Below, piece after piece: positions 60,809-64,000 of a stretch of 64,000 bases of DNA. The translations under genes and the position numbers were made by a program. Origin of the DNA: an uncultured Alphaproteobacteria bacterium (lineage in GTDB: Bacteria; Pseudomonadota; Alphaproteobacteria; Acetobacterales; Acetobacteraceae). The notes below the pieces were generated by a model that did not search any database, was not told the origin of the DNA, and worked only from the letters and a program-made list of their open reading frames with translations. How positions within the stretch are numbered: position 1 is the first letter of the stretch; each line of letters begins with the position of its first letter. The stretch is from positions 22,852-86,851 of the forward strand of contig CAWFVX010000013.1 in NCBI GenBank assembly GCA_963819345.1. The letters are read 5' to 3'.

Positions 60809-61042
60809 TCTCTTAGCGCCACGCCCTAACGATCAGTGTAGACGGAAGCATGCTGCCTGGCTCTCCGAAAAAGGAGTTCTGATTAGGCCCGCAAACATGA
60901 ATTAAGGGTTAAAGCGATCCTGAAATACCTCGGGGTAAACGATCTCAGCACAGGGCATGTTAGAGCAGAGCAAAAACTCTTCTGTGCTCTGGTTTATGGA
61001 CGCCGGTGACCCTTGGTTTGCAGTGCAATCGAGAACATCTAT

Positions 61043-61060
61043 TTCTGTTCGATAACAGAA
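61043..61060. promoter_or_regulatory. Inverted repeat TTCTGTT-N4-AACAGAA upstream of the cytochrome-porin operon
   Basis: 7-bp perfect arms separated by cgat, 235 nt upstream of the operon start in a 480-nt non-coding spacer. Confidence 0.2.
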
Positions 61061-61291
61061 CCGATTCACTTGGCCGCGGAAGCAAGCAGTTGATTAAAGG
61101 CTAGCCAATAACAGCTGACCTTTCTCCGAAAGTTTTCCGAAGGGTGGGGCAGCAACGTTTCCGGCGCCCAGGGGGCCGGTGGGATTGAGCAGGACCTTGC
61201 CGAGGACCCTTCCGGCGTCGAAGGCAAGCCGCTGGGGAACCAAGCCTATTCGACCTGCGTTGGATCAGCGATAGACAAGCAGGAGGACGTT

Positions 61292-61504
61292 GTGGATCGG
61301 ATCAAAGTCTTGGACGAAACGCTGTGGCATCAGGTCCCCAAGGATGTGATCATCGAGGCCGAACATGCCGCGAAGGAGACCCCCGTTTGGATCGCTCGAC
61401 AGAGTAACGGCCATATTGTCGCGATGGACGGACCGGGAAACCCCGGAGTTGCTACCGGGGATATCACTTTCATCGCCGAGGTGGCGCCTAGCGTAGGACC
61501 GTGA
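61292..61504 (+). CDS. Hypothetical small protein
   Basis: 70-aa ORF; GTG start 5 nt after AGGAGG; followed by a hairpin; no recognisable motifs. Confidence 0.3.
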   Translation: MDRIKVLDETLWHQVPKDVIIEAEHAAKETPVWIARQSNGHIVAMDGPGNPGVATGDITFIAEVAPSVGP

Positions 61505-61519
61505 CAGTGGTCCTACGCT
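61490..61519. terminator. Perfect 11-bp stem hairpin between convergent genes
   Basis: agcgtaggacc (61490-61500) / ggtcctacgct (61509-61519) with an 8-nt loop; overlaps the stop of the small ORF; no U-tract. Confidence 0.45.
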
Positions 61520-61548
61520 GAGAAATCAGCGTCGCGTAGACGATCGTG

Positions 61549-62631
61549 CTACCCCCACGGATCGACCAATACCTTGGCGTGCCGCTCGGGATTAGCAAGC
61601 TCAGCGAACGCTTTGCTGACGCCTTCAAGGCCTACCGTTCCTGTGATCAGGGGTGACACGTCGACCTTTCCCTCGGCGATAAAGTGGAGGCTTTCAGCGA
61701 ACTCGGCGGCCGTATAAGCGAGCACGAACTGAACGTTCAGTTGCTTGACGATGCCGAAAAATGGCTCGATCCGATCGGTCTCCATGCAGACGCCAACGAC
61801 TACGATCCGGGCGGACGCGGGCGCCCCCTCCATGATTTGTTGCAGGACGCCAGGCACGCCGACGCACTCGAAGATCACTGCCGGTCGCAACTTGGCCCCC
61901 AGCCCAAACAGCTGAGCGTAGCGGCTTCCGTCGAAGCCTTCGGGTGTCGCCGTCTGTCGCCACGTGTCGTAAGGTGATCCTTCTGCCGGGTCGATCGCGA
62001 TGTCGGCGCCCATCCGCAGCGCCAATGCCCGTCGTGCGGGTGAAAAATCGGCGGCGATGATGGGATGGACATCCTTGATGACCAACCCGGCGATTACCGC
62101 CAGGCCGACCGGGCCGCAACCCACCACGAGCGGCACATCCTGGGGCGACAGACGGGCATTTTCCACAGCGTGCCAACCCACTGCGATCGGCTCGGTCAGC
62201 GCGGCGCTGGAGGCCGGCAGACCGTTCGGCACCGGCAGCAGCATCCGGTCGGCGAGCGGCATGTATTGCGCGAACCCGCCGGCAATCTCATTCGAATAGC
62301 CAATGCCCTGGACCGTCTCGCCCGCCAGGGTCATCGGCATGGAACAGACGAGCGTGCCCGGTGCAAGCCTAGCCGGGGTATCCGGACCATATTCGACAAC
62401 TTCGCAGCAGAATTCATGGCCGAAGACAACGTCGCGATCGGCGTCCATGGCCCACCGGTTACCAGCCCGCTGTGCAAGATTGACGAACTGGTGAGTGTGT
62501 TTCGCGGCATGAAGGTCCGATCCGCAAATCCCGCAGGCCAACGAGCGTGCGAGCACCTGGCCCTTTACCAGCACCGGGTCGGGCAGCGTATCGACGACGA
62601 TTTTCCCTTCGCGAAAGATAGCGGCACGCAT
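61549..62631 (-). CDS. Zinc-dependent alcohol dehydrogenase (MDR) family oxidoreductase
   Basis: Catalytic Zn motif ACGICGSDLH; Rossmann VVGCGPVGLAV; ATG 62631 after GGAGGAAAACAAG. Confidence 0.88.
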   Translation of the reverse strand: MRAAIFREGKIVVDTLPDPVLVKGQVLARSLACGICGSDLHAAKHTHQFVNLAQRAGNRWAMDADRDVVFGHEFCCEVVEYGPDTPARLAPGTLVCSMPMTLAGETVQGIGYSNEIAGGFAQYMPLADRMLLPVPNGLPASSAALTEPIAVGWHAVENARLSPQDVPLVVGCGPVGLAVIAGLVIKDVHPIIAADFSPARRALALRMGADIAIDPAEGSPYDTWRQTATPEGFDGSRYAQLFGLGAKLRPAVIFECVGVPGVLQQIMEGAPASARIVVVGVCMETDRIEPFFGIVKQLNVQFVLAYTAAEFAESLHFIAEGKVDVSPLITGTVGLEGVSKAFAELANPERHAKVLVDPWG

Positions 62632-62699
62632 CTTGTTTTCCTCCGGCCGATGATCGTTGCAGCCCATTTTTTTGCAAAAGGCGGACAGCCGAAAATCGG

Positions 62700-63498
62700 C
62701 TATCGAATGTTGATCCGCCAGGCTCTTTCCTCGAGCGCGTCCAGCATGGTGTCAAGCGCAAGCCGAGGGAGACGCAGTGACAGGCGCGACCGTTTGGGTG
62801 CGATACGACGAGGGCGGGCGCGATCGCCACCAAGTTGTTTGACCAGTTCATCGACCGTTGACAGGCCGTCGATCAGGCCCATCGACAAACCCTGCTCGCC
62901 TAGCATGTATCCGCCGTCGAATATCGCCTCATCCGGGGCCGCAAGCCGCTGGCCTCGCCGTAGCCGCACCCAGTTCTTGAAGCGGCCATGCAGTTTCTCC
63001 ATCAGGTCCTTGGCGAAAGCCACGTCCTCCGGTTTCTCCGAGCTGAACGGATCCAGCCGGGCCTTATTAGTGCCTGCAGTGTAAATTCGTCGCTCGATTC
63101 CCAGCCGTCCGAGCAGGTGAGGGAAGCCGAAGCCACCACCGACGACGCCGATGGAGCCAACGATACTCATCGGATTGGCATGAATTTCGTCGGCCGCACA
63201 GGCGATCCAGTAGCCACCGGACGCCCCGACCTCCCGGATCACGGCGTGGACACGGACGCCGGCTTTGTCGGCATGAGACCGAATCATGCTTGCGATCAGG
63301 TCGGATTGAACCGGCGACCCGCCGGGGCTTTCGATATCCAGTATGACTGGCCGCCGCCCCGGAGAGTCAAAGCCCTTCTCGATCAGCGGGCGAGCAGAGT
63401 CGGCGTTCAGCATACCCACGCGGGCTGCGATGGTGCCGTGCAGTACCGATCACATTCAGGCAAGGCCGGCGCCACGGCAACAGGCTAGTCCCACTCAT
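62700..63498 (-). pseudogene. S49-family peptidase (SppA 36K type), N-terminus frame-disrupted
   Basis: Body ILDIESPGGSPVQS ... ASGGYWIACAADEI in ORF 62700..63419; the N-terminus MSGTSLLPWRRPCLNVI lies in ORF 63367..63585; junction atc-g-gta ctg cac (VLHGTIAARVGMLN) at about 63447. Confidence 0.75.
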
Positions 63499-64000
63499 GC
63501 ACTTCATCCCGCGTTCCGATGCCACCCCGCAAGCCTGCGAGTCCGTGAAGCGCCGTGCCATCGGCGGCGAAGTTGGACGGGTCAAGCCACTCTAGCAGGG
63601 CGTCGCGGCAAGGTGGCCATTCGTCGCTGACGATACTGTACCAGTCAGTGTCGCGCTGCCGCCCCTTCACCAGCATATGCATGCGGTGGCGGCCTTCATA
63701 GGTAAAGCCCAGGCGCTCCGCCGCGCGTTTCGAGGGCGCATTGAGCGCGTTACACTTCCATACCAGCCGCCGGTAGCCAAGATCATCCGCCGCCAGCTTA
63801 AGAGTCAGGAAAATCGCCTCGGTCGCCGCCCGCGTGCGTTGCATACGCGGGCTGAACCAAATGTTGCCCAATTCGATTGAGGCATTCTTCGGCTGGATAT
63901 CCATCAACGCTAGCCATCCCGACACAATTCCTGTGGCGACCGGCCGTGCCGCCCAGAACATAGGGTCGTGCGTCGCTGAGAAATCCATGACTGCGCGCGC
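63485..64000 (-). CDS. GNAT-family N-acetyltransferase (RimJ/RimL-like), 5' end probably outside the window
   Basis: Acetyl-CoA motif region TRAATEAIFLTLKLAADDLGYRRLVWKCNALNAPSKRAAERLGF; the reading frame stays open to the window edge. Confidence 0.72.
   Translation of the reverse strand, partial: ARAVMDFSATHDPMFWAARPVATGIVSGWLALMDIQPKNASIELGNIWFSPRMQRTRAATEAIFLTLKLAADDLGYRRLVWKCNALNAPSKRAAERLGFTYEGRHRMHMLVKGRQRDTDWYSIVSDEWPPCRDALLEWLDPSNFAADGTALHGLAGLRGGIGTRDEVHEWD

Noticed and set aside
62065-63084. 339-aa plus-strand ORF bridging the ADH and S49 peptidase genes
   Set aside because: It runs antisense to two well-supported genes and across their spacer, and it has no motifs.

Overview
High-GC chromosomal segment (hand-counted 60-nt lines are about 63-66% GC). 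By gene content and order it looks alphaproteobacterial and Bradyrhizobiaceae-like; that placement is inference. It is densely coding, with about 55 protein genes. I saw no rRNA, tRNA, CRISPR array, transposase or integrase.

Gene content, left to right:
- two tandem PhyH-type dioxygenases, a DUF2946-like gene plus an outer-membrane barrel, a CX5R phosphatase, then hemC and zwf
- DUF374-waaA-lpxK
- a five-gene peptide/nickel-type ABC importer
- UDP-xylose synthase, and RraA-like, crotonase and SDR genes
- a two-gene SNF2 ATPase plus giant N6-adenine methyltransferase module
- lpxC-bamD-recN-ligA
- a B-family (ba3-like) haem-copper oxidase cluster flanked by three c-type cytochrome genes
- a fadD-liuR-fadA-fadB-fadE beta-oxidation cluster
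- a lower-GC LysR/SDR/SDR/NADP-reductase/SnoaL/methyltransferase cluster
- coxE-xdhC-xdhC-mocA-like molybdoenzyme maturation genes
- a minus-strand operon: CXXCH-porin fusion, cupredoxin, MCP-PilZ chemoreceptor, multicopper oxidase
- a Zn-ADH, an S49 peptidase and a GNAT gene cut by the window edge

Most interesting observations:
1. The orphan, translationally coupled SNF2 helicase plus gamma-class m6A methyltransferase pair (20.5-27.1 kb) has no recognisable nuclease and no BREX, DISARM or Type I partner genes. It is my best candidate for an undescribed NTP-dependent, methylation-based defence or epigenetic system.
2. The Cyc2-like cytochrome-porin, blue-copper, chemoreceptor and multicopper-oxidase operon (55.7-60.8 kb) may be a metal-oxidation or extracellular electron-transfer module.
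3. Nine frame disruptions fall in seven otherwise well-conserved genes, including essential ligA. Four of the junctions sit on a GTAC core, which points to systematic sequence error or a modification-linked artefact rather than gene decay.

All functional calls come from motif recognition by eye on the supplied translations. No searches were run.
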